Positions 1-14,000 of a DNA stretch of 64,000 nucleotides are shown one piece after another. The notes under the pieces are model-generated. The model did no database searches, was not told the origin of the DNA, and was given only the letters and a program-made list of their open reading frames with translations. Both the position numbers and the translations under genes were made by a program. The first letter of the stretch is position 1, and each line of letters begins with the position of its first letter. This stretch comes from Lama glama (taxonomy: Eukaryota). The stretch covers positions 6,758,001 to 6,822,000 of the forward strand of contig CM052825.1 of NCBI GenBank assembly GCA_028534125.1. The letters are read 5' to 3'.

Positions 1-659
1 GGTAACCACCACATGGCAGCCATGGGGACCCAGAGCAGGAGGAGCACCAAGAAGAGAGCAACGGACTGCCTGGAGGAGGGGGCTGGGGATAGCAGTCAGA
101 GAAGGCTTCACAGAAGAAGTGGCATTTAAGCGAAGCCAGGTGAAGGAGGGTGTATGGGAGTTCTCAGGGAGGAAAAGACACCCCAGGTAGTTTTTGTTTT
201 CTGATATGTTTGGGGGAAAGTGAAGCACCTTGGTGGCTGGGGTTTGTGATGTAGGGTCATGTGTGCATGATCCCACCCAGACCAAGCCCTCCTTAGGTCC
301 CAGCAACAGATCTGGGTCACTCTAGAACTTCCCCTAATTCAGCACCCTTGACCCCTAAAAAACTATCCGCTGTTAGTTTGCCAGGAACAGCCTTAGGGTG
401 CTGATAGAGCACCCTCCAGGCACCCACCACCTGGAGACTCAATGGTAGAACTGTCCTGGGTTGCGCAGGCTGAGCAGGCAACAGCAGCAGTAGTATCTGA
501 GGTGCCTGGCCCCCAAGATCCCATGTGCATCCAGCAAATGTTTATTAAGTGTCTTGCTGTGGGCCAGGCTTTGCCCCCAGACACTAGGAATACATCAGTG
601 AACAAGACAGAACTCCCACTCTCCATGGCTACCAAATGATAAATAAGAAAAACGATTAT

Positions 660-1150
660 GAAGACCACCAGGAACACATCTATAGTTGAACAAATAGGGT
701 TTATTGCCTCTTTTGAGAAGGAAGAGTGCATTTACCTCAGTAAGAGAGTGTTCAAAAAGGCTTATTATAGACTTTGGGCGATTTGGGGAGAGTTCAAGTA
801 ATTGGGCTTTCACTCTGGAATAGACGTCAGGACGTGAGGACAAGTCTACGATTGGGTGTCTTAATATTTAAAGTGGAAACCTAATGCTGTAAAGAAACAG
901 CAGTGACTCACATTAGCCAGAATGGGGAAATGTTTGATCTTTTTCTGGCTCCAACAATATTCTCATTATCATCTGACTTTAAACATGATCATAGAGCAGT
1001 CTTGTTTATGCCTTGCTCTATCACAGTCACAGAATGGCTTTGCATAACGCTGGTGTTCTGGGAAACTGTTTACGTCCAACAGGAGAATACCAAGGCCTAA
1101 CTGTAAGTGCCAGGCCAGCTCCAGATGTGAGGGAAAGCTATCCTCTTTCT
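660..1150 (-). mobile_element. Old ERV-type solo LTR (family uncertain)
   Basis: The reverse complement resembles ancient eutherian LTR consensuses (..ctggagctggcctggcacttacagttaggccttggtattctcctg..) and has AATAAA near its 3' end (gtttatt at about 699-705). Confidence 0.45.
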
Positions 1151-1339
1151 AGTAAGAAAGGCCCATTCAATCGACCAGGTATATTTGCTGGGTGCCAGGT
1201 GATGAGTAATTCGAGTTGGACAAAAGAGATACGGCCCCAGTCCTCAGGGAGCTCACAGTGACATGTCTTAAACAGATGGTCAGAAATGGGAGGCGGAGTG
1301 GACCAGACCCAAGAAACCGCCAGGAAAAAGCCCAGGGGT

Positions 1340-2050
1340 GGGAGTCGGGGGATGCTGAGAAACCAGTAGCAGGGCTGCTGGCGGATCCACGACGCGCACC
1401 GGGACTGGAGAAGTCGGCTGAGGCCGGACCCTCGGGCATGCAAGGCCACTTCTGTCCCAAGGACGTGGGCATTCGCTGCACTGATTTGCTCAGAAACAGG
1501 AAATGAAACCAACCAGCTTTAATCAAATTAAACCACCCGGCCTCGGGCTCATGAATATTCAGCAGCCTGCTTCCGGCTTGCCCCACTGCTCCAGCCCCGC
1601 CCAGCGAGGAGACTGCGCTTGCGTGACTGGCGCGCGGCTCTGTCGTCATACGCGCGCGCCACCACCGCTCTCTTGGGGAGCCGGCGAGCTGTAGAGCTGT
1701 TATGGCGAGCTCCGCGGCCTCCTCGGTGCGACCGCCGAGGCCCAAGAAAGAGCCGCAGGCCCTCGTCATCCCGAAGAATGCGGCGGAGGAACAGAAGCTC
1801 AAGCTGGAACGTCTCATGAAGAACCCGGTGAGACAAGGCGCGGGCTGACGGTCATTCCGAGTCCCACCCCCTTCCGTTCTGGCGTCTCTGGGCGCCTGCG
1901 GGCCCACTTTCCCCACCTCCGAACTCTGGAACTAAATACCTGAACCCCAGGGTCAGACCTTAGGAAGGAGTAGGCTGCCCCGAGATAGTTTTCTTCTGGG
2001 CTTATGTTAGAGCCTAGCCTGCGTGAGGGCGCTGCGGAGCGGCTTCCCGT
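1340..2050 (+). promoter_or_regulatory. CpG island / promoter of PRKRIP1
   Basis: CpG-dense stretch around ATG 1702 with an ETS-like GCTTCCGG (about 1569) and an NRF1-like TGCGCTTGCG (about 1614). Confidence 0.75.
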
Positions 2051-5000
2051 GCTTTAAGACTCCCCCCAGTTTAACTTTTTGTGAACAAAAGCCTTAGACT
2101 GGAAAGATAGAATCCGTGGGTTAGCACAAGGGTTTATTTTCTTCTAAACACCACCAACTGTTAGAGAGGCATTGGCCGAGACACATGGGGCAAATCACTC
2201 CCCTCGGTCATGAAAACAGTTGGATGAGAAGGTCTCTTATACCTTTGACTAGAAAGGATTACTTCTCCTCGTACAAAAGTGTTAAAGTTGGAGGTTTTCA
2301 GCCCTAAATGAGGACTTAAGTTTCTGAGTTCTGCTCTGGCAAGGCTGTGGGGTCTGATAGGACCCAGAGTATACACGATGAAGTAAAGGCAGAAGGAAGA
2401 AATAAACTTACCTTTGGGTCCAACGAGCAAAGCAGCCTTACTTAACTAGTCCCGTTAAAGTTCCTTGGTTATAAAAGATGAGACTTTGTCAGAAGGTTTA
2501 TCCATACAAATGCTTTCGTGTTTAAATGTTGCAGGACAAAACAGTTCCAATTCCAGAAAAAATGAGCGAATGGGCACCTCGACCTCCCCCAGAATTTGTC
2601 CGAGATGTAATGGGTAATGTCTTTTGGATGTGGGTATGTGTGTAAATAAAGTTTTCTAAGTGTAGGTGTAAAAACTCTGCAGTTAATATCTGTTAATTGC
2701 ATACCTGATAGGAAGAAAAAAAGTCCATTGATCCAATATGTTGCTCTTACAGTGAAGGGGTATTGTTGCTTATGGTTTGACATTAGAGAATTTTCTACTG
2801 TATTATTTTTAATATCTTGTGTTTTCAAAATGGAAATAGTTTTATTTTGTTGGGTTGTAAATTAACATAACTAATTATAAAGAATAAATAACAGGTGTAA
2901 AAAAAATAGGACCACCTGTAATTCCATCATCCTGTTTGTAACATTTTGATATAGCCTTCCAAATACCTTTACAATCAGAACCACTCATGCTTAAGAAGAA
3001 ATGTTCTTACAGAAATATGGTTCTGCCCATACTGATAACCTGCTCTTTTTTCACTTAATGTATCACGGACATCTTTTCTACTGAGTAGAGATCTAGCATG
3101 TTAAATGTGAAATCATTCCAGGGGGAAAAAGTCACCAGCTCTCTTCAAGGTTTCTGGTTTCTGAACCCCAGTCTGCTGCGTTACTGCATTAGAGTGGAAT
3201 TTTTAGCGACTTCAAATACAGTATTCATGCAACAGATATTTAATGATGCCTACAATATGCCAGGCACTGTGTTAGATTCTGGGGTACAGTGGGGGGTAGG
3301 GTAGGCATATTTCCTTCCATTACTTCTAGTACCTTTCTTTGGTTCCTTTTGATTAAGGGTAGCTTGTGTTTGGTAACTGAATTTTATCAAGAGCTCTGGA
3401 CTATTCTGGCTTTAGGTTCAAGTGCTGGGGCTGGCAGCGGAGAGTTCCATGTGTACAGGCACTTGCGCCGGAGAGAGTACCAGCGGCAGGACTACATGGA
3501 TGCCATGGCTGAGAAGGTCAGCAAGCAGGAAGCCGGGTTTGGGCAATGGGTACTTCAACCTTCTAGAAAAAAGCATTTGAAGAAAAGTGGATCCACCTGG
3601 TTGCGGGTTGTGTGAAGGCTGCCTTCTAAGTTAGGACTGGGTGGGGAATGGTATAGCTCAGAGGTAGAGCACATACTTAGCATGCAGGAGATACTGAATT
3701 CAAACCCTGGTACCTCCATTAAAAAAGTAAATAAACCTAATTACCTCCCCCCAAAATTTTTTTAAATAAATAAAGTTAGGATGAGAAACAGACATCAAGT
3801 AGAGTCCAGGTTACTTATAGGTCAGACACTGCCCAGCAAGATGCTCATACTAGGAAACAAATGAGGGAAGGGAGACTTCCAGGCAGTGGAGAGCACAGCA
3901 GAGTCCCCTCCCCACCCCAGGCCATTTGCCATGGAGTAGAAAGCAGTACCTCCCACACCACTTGGATCATTATTTCTCTGTAGTTTTCTCTGGCTGAATG
4001 CCCATAATTCCAGTTAGCTGTGTGTTTGATGCGAGTAGTAGTGTGCTTTCAAGTGTTTTTGCCTCTTTTAGATTTTTATCTTTGAGACTGGTATTTCTTC
4101 ATGATTGGTGTTAAATAATAATTGATTAAGAATTGAGAATTGCTTCAGAAATTGTACTGTAAGAACTGTTAAGCTTTCTATTGCTTGATGGGAATGGCTA
4201 GAAACTCTCCTGTTGCTTTTAAGAAATAGTCTTTGGGACATTTCATTTGTTTTCTTTTTGGAATTGAGTTTTGGAGTTCTTTTATCTACACCAAAAATTG
4301 TTTGATTTTTTTACTAGAATTAAATTGAATCTGTAACTTAACTTGAATAAGATTGGACGTCACAGTATTTGGTCATCCTCTCTAGAAACTTTATCTTTTT
4401 CATTTGTTTAAATCTTTTTGTATCTCTCAGTGATAATTTGTGGAGATTTTACATGTCTCACCACATTTGTTCAAAGATATTTCAAGTTTTTTTATTGCAG
4501 TGTGGTGATGGTGGTCCTTTAACAGTTTATTGGAGTGACTAAAATTGAGTTTGAAAAATATCTTTATGATTTTCGAACAGAATGGATCATTGCCCTGGTG
4601 ATTTTCACCTGATATCTGTTGTCCTACAGCCTTTACTCGGCCCCTAGGTGTTGGTGGTTCTTCTCCAGCTGCTTCTCAATTCCAGTGAAAAGTTTCATTT
4701 CAGGTGGCTTGTCACACAGCTGTACCCCGTCACTGTGATGGACTTGTCACTGCCAGGAATAAACAAAACTCTGTGTATAGAAACTAACAGAAGCACTTTT
4801 TAATTTTTTACTTTTAAACTGCTTAGAGGAGAGGAAACTAGAGCAGATGGCTGTGTCAAATGCTGTCAGTTAGTCTGAAGTTTTTATATATTGATTAATG
4901 ACTCAGAAAATATGGGAAAATGTTTCACAGACACAAAAGTTTTCATTTCACAATGTGAAAGACGGGCTCTGAAGTTAGAAGAAAAAAGAGTTGCGGGAGG

Positions 5001-8000
5001 AGTCTCACCTTCCACAGCAACTGATAGGATGTTACCACTGACAGCATATCTGACTCCTGCTTGAGCCCTTGCCATGGTCAGCAGCCAGTGGGGGCTCTGT
5101 CCAGGTCACTTGGAAAGTGCAGCTGCTTCAGACATTTGCAGCTCACCTTCTAAACAAACCAGGTGCTTTTAGCTTGAAGTTGTTTGCTTTTTAGTTGAGC
5201 TCTGATTAAAGCTGATTCCCTTCTTGGAAGGAGACCCTTCTTTTTTATTCCATAATTCTGCTCCCAGAGTTTCTGTGTCAGTCTAAGCAGATCCACACAG
5301 CCCTGGCAGTGCAGACCAGCAGAGGTGTTGAAGCTGCCTCTTCCTCTTCTGCTGGCCTTTGTTTGTTTGTTTGTTTTTTATGGGGGGAGGTAATTAGGTC
5401 TGTTTATCTATTTTTAGATGAGGTACAAGGGACTGAACCCAGGACCTCATGCATGTGAAGCATGTGCGCTACAGCTTGAGCTATACCCTCCCCCTGACAC
5501 TTTTTTAATCAATAGTTGTCTTTGTAGTTTAAAAGTGCTTCCTTGTAAGTTACTGCATTTCATTATTCTTCCTAAATTCTCAGGGAAAGAGGAATTATTT
5601 CCTTAATTTTATAGATGAGGAAACTGAGGCTTAGAAAGAGGGAGCTGCTAGGAAGAACCCATCCTTTGGAGGTATTTGGAGGCTTCATTAATGTGGACGT
5701 GATTAAATCGTTGACCGTTGGTAGTTAGTTTGGCCTCCAGGCCCCCTCCCTCCCTGGAGGTCAAGGAGGTGAGGCTGAAAGTTCCCCCGGCAACCAGCCC
5801 TGTTCCGTAAGGGCCTTCCAGAAGTCACTCAAACTCCTGTGGTCAAAAGGGACTGCTTATGAATAACAAATGTACCTATTTCATCTTTATTTCTGGAGCT
5901 GTTTTAGGAACTGGGAACAAAACTAAATATTATAATAAAAGATCCCCCAGTGGCTCTTACATAGGAAATTTATAAGTTCTAGGAGTTATGTGCCAAAAAC
6001 AATGGACCAAGACCAAATATATGTTTCTTATTATAAGTCACAATATCACACTATCCAAGGTCCTGGCTAAACAAGAGCCAGTAGTGCTGCCTCTGCCTTC
6101 AAGGAAGTCAGTGTGCTCCCTCTCATACTTTCTCATAATTACCTGTGCATGAATGGTATCTTAATGAACTATTACTTCACCATCAGAGATCCATATATTG
6201 ATTTCCTGCCCCATCTGTAGGTCAGCTTCTTAAAGTGGCCCTGGAGACCTGGGTGTGCCTATAGCACCCCCAGTGGTGTGACTTCTAGAGTTTGCATACC
6301 CAGGCCAGAGTGTGTAAGTGATGTTTTTGTTTTTTTGGTTTTTTTGGTTTTTTTGTTTTGTAGCAAAAATTGGATGCAGAGTTTCAGAAAAGACTAGAAA
6401 GGAATAAAATTGCCGCGGAGGAACAGACTGCAAAGCGTCGGAAAAAGCGGTGAGGGCTTTATGGCATCTCATAACTAATGAGGCTTAGAGTGGGAAATGT
6501 AAAAGTAGGTAGTTGGTAGATGAGTCCTTGTTATAGTCGAAAGTTCACCTGTGTGGCCCATAGAGGTCTTGGGTGTTAAAACCCACGGTGGAGCACCCCA
6601 ATAGAGGAATGGCTTTTCTTCCAGGACCTGGAGAGAGAGCCAATCACTTATTGCCCCCCCACCCCCACCCCCAGCTTGCTGCAGGTTCTCCAAAGCTTGG
6701 AGGTCAGTACTTTGATGATCACCTGGATTTCTGTGTCTCCTTCACGTCTGTGTTTTGACATCAGGTTTAACAAGGTGCTGTGAGCAAACTTTCCAGTTAG
6801 CTTTTTCCTTAACCTCCCTAAGTGATTACATGAGTATACAGGCTGTGCATGTGTGTGTGTGTGTTCTAATAAATTCTCCCTCAACTTTTAGAGAGCTGAG
6901 CAGGATTCTAAAAATAGTCCCTAGTGCTCACTTAGGCAGCACATATACTAAAATTGGAACAATGCAGAGAAGATTAGTATGGCCTCTGCGCAAGGATGAC
7001 ATGCAAATTTGTGAAGTGCTCCATTAAAAAAAAAATAGTCCCTAAATATCTTTGGATGAAGAAGTATCTCCAGTATTTCTGGATTGCTTTAATCACCTGG
7101 GGGTTCCTAAGGATTTGATCTTGATTCATGAAGGGAACAACTTGATAACGATGATGTTGGAGTAGCAGAGTCATGAGAAAGTATTTCTTTCATTTTATTG
7201 TAGTGTTTCTGTAATTATTAAATCTCTAAAGATTCTGTAAGTAGATGTTTATTTTCTAAAATATAAAATAAAGTAGTTAAGGAATCTATGTATTTATCTT
7301 ACATTTGTAGTCAGAAGTTAAAAGAGAAGAAATTATTGGCAAAGAAGATGAAACTTGAGCAGAAGAAACAAAAAGAAGGTGAGTGGTACCCACTTTTGTG
7401 ACTATTTGCAGTGTTGCTCATAGTGGTTGACCTGTCAAGAATGAAATTTAGCGTTTGGAGCTGGTTGGCTGGCCACTGAAGAAATGAGGGCTTGTTTCTG
7501 TTATTTAGGACTTGTTTAATTGCAAGTGTCAGGAAACCAAACTGGTTTAAGCAAGAAAGAAAGATACTGGCTCATGCTGCGTCCAGGACAGTCCTCCTTC
7601 CAGGCATAGCTAGTAAAGGGCTTCTAATGCCATTTGCTGTCTCCTTCTGTCCCCTGGCTCCCTGTCCTCAGGCAGGCTCATTTTCTCCTTGTGGTTGTGA
7701 GGTACCTGTAGCTCCTTTGGGCTGCCCCCTGGCTCATTCTTGACCAGTAGGAAAGACTAAGGGAGTGTCCCTTGTGAAAGTGTTTTTGTGTCTCTTTGGC
7801 TCTGACTGAGTGACTTGACAATCAGTTAAGAATGCTCTTGGCTGCAAGAAGTAGAAAACTCAACTAGCAGTAGTTAAAGAGGAATTATTTTTCTCATATA
7901 ACAAGAAATCTGGTGGTAGGTGGCAGCCCAGTGTGGTTGAGCAGCTCAGTAGTATCAGGCCCAGCACCCTGCAGTCCTCTTGGCCTTTATCCTGTGGGCA

Positions 8001-11000
8001 TGAGATGTCTGCTGCAGCTCCTGGCACCATACTTATGTTTAAAGCAGGAAGAAGAGGGGAAAAAAGTGGTATTTCTCTTTTTTTTTTTTGTAAACTGAAG
8101 AGCCAAAGATCCCCAGAAGTGCCCATCAGATATCTCCTTATATCTCATTGGTCAGTATAAGATCACTTGCCATCCTTTGCTGCCATCAGGCAAGATGAAT
8201 AGAGAACAGAATTGTTATGACCGTCTTTAACCTGTTGTGATCCATTACTGGGAGCTGGGTACATTGCCACCCTAGACAGAATTGAGATTTTGTTAGAAGA
8301 AGAAATAGGGGTGAATAATGTGTCAGCATCCCACAGCATTGCCAGTCCTGCCCACCTCTGATCCCATCACAAGGCCAGCTGTGCCAGCCACTCCCTTTGG
8401 AGCCCCTGAGCTGAGAATCAGGGAGAGAGGGGCCCCAAATGAAAAGGACGAAGGATGCTAAGAGACCCAAAAAATGACAACTGGTCACCACATTACTGAA
8501 TCGGTGGCTGTTCCCTGATTGACTGGACATGGTTCCTGATTGGGCAGTCATGATTTTTGGTCTTAGATAAAATCAGACTTGCATTGACATACTGAAATAT
8601 GGGTAGCCTCTTCCAGGACCAGTTTCCTCGTGAGTTGTAAATATACTGTATGACATACTATATATAGCCTTTTCCCCGACATTTCCTAGAAGAGATTATT
8701 TTACAATGCCAAAATGTGATGGCTGGGACCTCATCCCTCAAATAAACCAACTCATTACTTTCCCTGCCCTTCCCCTCACCACACACACAGGAATGTGGAA
8801 GTACATGGTTCAAAGGCAGGAGGATTGGGCACAGGTGCCAGTCTTAGTTCTGTAGAAGGAGATACTGTGGCTTGGACCCCATTATATTGGGAAATAGAAA
8901 CATCTCCTTGGCTCTGGGTAATTTGACCCTCCCTCCACAGGGTTTGTTGTTTTTCCTGCTTGTTTTTGTTGCTCTTTAATGTGTTTAATGACTTTTCTGA
9001 ACGAATTCTGTAAAGCCTATATTCTTTGTTGTGTGTGGCCACTGAAGCCTCTGCTTGGTTAGCTTAGTGGTCAGCTGAAGAATAGAGATTTCCTGAAATA
9101 CCTTGAACCAGTAAGTCTCCCAGTCTTTGCCAGTGGGATCTTTGTGTGTGGTGGAGCATGCCTTCAACATTCTGGCATTGCAGTTCACAGTTTTGCCTTA
9201 GCCTTCACTTCCTCCTCGCACAGAGCCTCAAGGTCAGCCAGAGGTGAGATGAGGGCCATCACTTGTCTTTCTCAGACATGTACCTGCTCTTACATGCATG
9301 TGGCCTTCCTGAGTACCAGCTTTTCCTCTTCAGTTTTTGGTCAGTTTCTTGTTTGCTTCAACTGTTATCACTGCCTCAGGCAGGTATGATGTTAAACAGT
9401 CGCCACTGATTGTTTTTGACAAATACCTTGGGGAAGAGACTGTTCTTACTGAGTCAGTTCAAATAAAGACAAGCCTTGCGAGTCAAGTTTCCAGGAAGCT
9501 GCCAGACAGGTCAGATAGGGACAGTACTCAGGGTATGTGACTTCTGAGGAGCTCCCAACGCACTTTACCTCTTCCAGTGGCTGCGAGGCTGCTGGTTTTC
9601 ACAGCTCCTGTGATTATGAGGCTGTTGATTTGGGAGGCTGCCTTAGATCTGGGGAGAGGGGTGAGGAAATAGAGCAAGTTAAAACACCACAAAACTTGCT
9701 CTTCTTACCAAAATTCAACCATTTCTATCAAACAATCCAAGGAACATTTCCAGAGTTCTAGAGAAGTTGATTTTGGTGATTATTGTCAGTGTTCTTGACA
9801 AGTCTGCTGCTTTTATGGAGAAGCAGGTTTTTAAGGGGTCTTTGCCATTCTGAAAGTGCTGTCATCCCTTTAAATTTTAACCTACCTATGTTTGAAATAT
9901 GTTTCCTACAGACATCAAATGTTTGGGTCGTGTTTTTTACCCTTTCTGACAATCTGTGTATTTGATATCTTTGGGTTTTAGGGTTACATTTTGGGGGTTT
10001 TTTGTTGTTGTTCCCTCTGTTTTTTCTTCCTCTATTTCTCCTTCTCTCCCTTTTGGATTATTTGAACATATTTATTATTCCATTTTATCTATTGTGTGTT
10101 TTGAGGGTTTGGTTTTTTTTTTAATCTATTGTGTTTTTAACTGTTTCCCTTTTCATAGTTTTTCAAAAAGTTGTTCCTCTAGGGATTATTATATACATAC
10201 TACTTTCATGGTCTACTTGGAATCAGGATTTCACCACTTTAAGTAGAATGTAGAAACTTCATCACATAAATTTCTTTACTCTTTATGTTGTAGTTGTCTT
10301 AGACATTACACCTGCATACATTGAAAATCCCATCAGATAGTTACTTTTTTTTAATTGAAATATAATTGACTTAATATTATTTCAGTTTCAGGTGTACAAC
10401 ATAGTGATTTACTTCCATAGATTATGCATCATACAGTTATTTTTGGCTGTATTCTCTATGCTGTACATTACATCCCTGTGAGTTATTTAGTATATAACTG
10501 GTAGTTTGTACATCTTAATTCCCTTCGCCTATTTTGCCCATTCCCCCACACTCCTTCCCTCTGGCAGCCACTAGTTTGTTCTCTGTAGCAGTGAGTCTGT
10601 TTCCAGGTTTTTTTGTTTGTTTTGTTTTGTTTTTAGATTCCACATATAAGTTAAAACACGCAGTATTTGTCTTTCTCTGTCTGACTTACTTCATTTAGCA
10701 TAATATTATCCAGGTTCATCCATGCTGTTGCAAATGACAAGATTTCATTCTTTTTTATGGCTGAGTAATATTCCTGTGTGTGTGTGTGTGTGTGTGTGTA
10801 CGTACATCTTTATCCATTCATCTATTGGTGTGTGTGTGTGTACATCTTTATCCGTTCCTCTGTCAGTGGACACTTAGGTTGCTTCCATATCTTGGCTATT
10901 GTAAATAATGCTGCAGTGAACATTGAGATGCATAAATCTTTTTGAATTAGTGTTTTCATTTTCTTCAGATAAACACACAGAAGTTTAATTGCTGGATCAG

Positions 11001-14000
11001 ATGGTAGTTCTGTTTTTATAATGTTACTGTTTTTGTTTCCAATCATCAAATGTATTTCAAAGATCTCAAGAGGAGAATAGTCTTTTTGTTTTATTCATTT
11101 TTTAAGCTTTTTATGGGGAGGCAATTAAGTTTATTAATTTTTTTTTTAATGGAGGTACTGGAGATTGAACCCAGGACCTTGTGCATGCTAAGCATGCACT
11201 CTACCACTGAGCTATACCCTCCGCCAAGATGAGAATAATCTTAACTAGTAACCGATAGTTATCATTTCTCTTGCTTTTTCTTTGTTCCTGTTGTTCCAGA
11301 CTTCCATCTGGTATCATTTCCCTTTTATCCAAAGAACTTGTTTTAGTCACTCAGTTAGAGCAAGTCTGCTGGCTATGAATTATCTTAGCTTTTCTTCACA
11401 TGAGGCTATCTTTAGTTCACCTTCATTCCTAAAGGACATTCTCATTAGATGTAGAATTCCAAGCTGGCAGTTTTTTGTTTCAGCACTTTAGAAATGCTGT
11501 TCCATTCCCTCTGGCCTCCATGGTTTCTAATTTTTTAAAAAATATGTAGTTATTCAAATTGTTCTCCTCTGATTATTTTTTTCTGACTGCTTTCAGGATT
11601 TCTGTCTTAGATGTCAGGAATTTGATTATGATGTGACTGCACATGAATTTCCTTGGGTTTATCCTGGAGTTGGGTTTGGATTTCACTGAGCTACTTGAAT
11701 CTGTAAGCATGTGTCTCTGTCAGATTTGGGATTTTTTTTTCCCCAATCTTTTTTTGTCCCCAATCTTTTTTCGTCTCCTGTTGTTCATATTGGATAATTC
11801 CTATTGATCTGACTTCGAGCCGTCTCTCTCCTGTGTTATCTCCATTCTGTAATTGATTCTATCCAGTGAATTATGTTTTTCAGAAAAGTTTTGCGATTTC
11901 CATTCAATTCTTCTTTATACCTTCTATTTCTCTGCTGCAGTCTTCTATCTTTTCATTTGTTTCAAGAGTGTTCAAGAGTGTCCAGTTATTTCCTGGAAAA
12001 ATATTTAAACAGCTGCTTTATAGCACTTGGTAATTCCAACACCTGGATTGTCTTGACATCGGCATTTGTGGATTGTCTTTCCCCACACAAGTTGAGATTT
12101 TCCTGATTCTTCATATACTGAGTGATTTTCTGTGTATTCTGGATATTTTAAGTATTACATAATGATGCTCTGGTCTTGCTGATACTTGGTTTAGCAGACA
12201 ACCTGGTTGTGTTCAGGACACAGGTTCTGACCAGCCTTCTGTGGATTGTGGTTCCACTGTCAGTTCGGTTTTTAAAGCTTTGCTGTACCCTCCAGATGTG
12301 TCCTGCGTGTGTCACCCCATGGCCAGTCAGGGTTTAGTTCTTTGAGTTCTCAAAGTGTTTGGCATTCATGCGTGTGCTGTCGGAGTGAGCCCAGAGGGTT
12401 ATAAACAACTTTCTGGTGTCTATTCTAATCCGCTCTCTCTCCATGACCTCCCCTGTAGTGTCTGGTTTCCTGGGTCTCCCCTTTTCAGACCTCCAGGCAG
12501 AAAGCTGGGGCTTTAGTTACGCTCTCTGCCACATACTTCTACAGCTGCACCTGCATGCAGGGCTGAGTGGTGGGAGGTCAGAGAAGAAAAACAGCAGGGT
12601 TTTCCCAGCCATCTTAGGACCACAGCTCCTCTGATCAGAGAAAAAATTTCCCCTCCTTCAAAATTTTTGTGCCTGCAGGCCCCCATTGCCACCGCAGTCA
12701 CTGATGCCATTCTGACACTGGAAGGATTACCTGAGAGCTAAGGTGTGAGAGAATGGAGAAGAGAGGAGAAACAAAAGAATTCCCTTCACTCTGAGCATTG
12801 GGAGTTCCCTTTCTTAGTCCTCGAACTAGAACTAGAAGGTTTGTCTTAGAACTCTGGATGTGTTCAGTCTCCACTTCTGTGTATTGGATCACCCTGAGTC
12901 CAGGCTGGGGAATACTGGAGGGGAAGAAAAACAGGAAGCACAATGTTGCTCCAGTGGTACTTTGTATTCTGGTCTTTTCCCCCAGTCTGCTTACTTTCAG
13001 GGCCCGTGCATTCTGTCCAGGTTCTGTAGCTGTGTTCAGTCAAAAAACTGGGTCAAATGTGCTTGTTCTGTCTCACCTGAAACCCACCCTCTATTTGTTT
13101 TTTCTTAATCTAATTATAGGACTTTACATTTAGCTCTTTGGTATTTCATCTTGGTGTTACTGGCTCTATTGATCCTGGTTCTGGAATTCAGCATGTTACC
13201 ATGTCTTTAGGTTATTGTCATGCGCAGGTTTGATAGACGCACCTTTCTCATGGGTTAAAATGCTGAGCCAGACTGGGCCAGGGCCAGAGCCCTCCAGCAT
13301 CCACTAGAGAGCTCCACTTAGGCCAACATGGACCTGTTCACTGAAACTTTTGGGTGGAGTTATTCTTCAGCTAAGAATTGGCCAGACTCACTCATCTTTC
13401 ATCTTACCCAAGAGGTGTCATAGGAAACTGAAAGGTAATTTGAGGTCATGGAGTAAGTACAGTAGACGTAGGTTCTAAGCTCAGCTCACACCCTGGCTCA
13501 CCCTGACCTCAAGCGTCTCCTGAGGTTTGAGGGGTTTTGTAGCTTATAAGTGTTTTCTAGATTTAAAATTCCACTGTTTGATAACTTTGCCAAACACCTT
13601 GCTGTAATGCAGATATACCGTATTTGGGGGACAGGATGGAGGGTTGTTTCCCTCACCAGTAAATCTAAGAAGCTTTTCAGAACAAGAAACTGAGGTTAGT
13701 TTGCTCCGAGTTTGTACTTAATGAGCCTGTAATGGGTCTTTGGAATCACATATTTACTTTTTAGTAATCGGTTCTATAATTGAAAGAGACAGGTGGCAAC
13801 ATCACAGAGCTGAGATTTCTTAAATCCTCCATTTCTAGCTCCTTTTCAACATTAGGTGCATGTGATCATGCAATTTCCAGTCCCCTTTCTTTAGTTTGCC
13901 CAAGGCTATGAAGAATATATGCAGTCACAGAGCTGATTTTAGTGCTTTCAGATAGATTTCATCCAGACCTTCCAACCTGTTTAAAACAGTCTTGTGCCCT

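Larger units (their letters stand above)
8900..13085 (-). mobile_element. Ancient degenerate L1 (L1M/L1MC-like) with nested younger insertions
   Basis: Long T-rich antisense L1-like sequence (e.g. ttcaccttcattcctaaaggacattctcattagatgtagaattccaagctggcag..cagcactttagaaatgctgttccattccctctggcctccatggtttct). Confidence 0.6.

Noticed and set aside
1167-1916. 249-aa minus-strand ORF over the PRKRIP1 promoter and exon 1
   Set aside because: Antisense shadow of a GC-rich CpG island and coding exon, with no recognisable domain.
3641-3720. tRNA-like sequences (also at 5358, 11085, 25992, 27238)
   Set aside because: They carry SINE tails and TSDs and lack an intact acceptor stem, so they are SINEs rather than tRNA genes.
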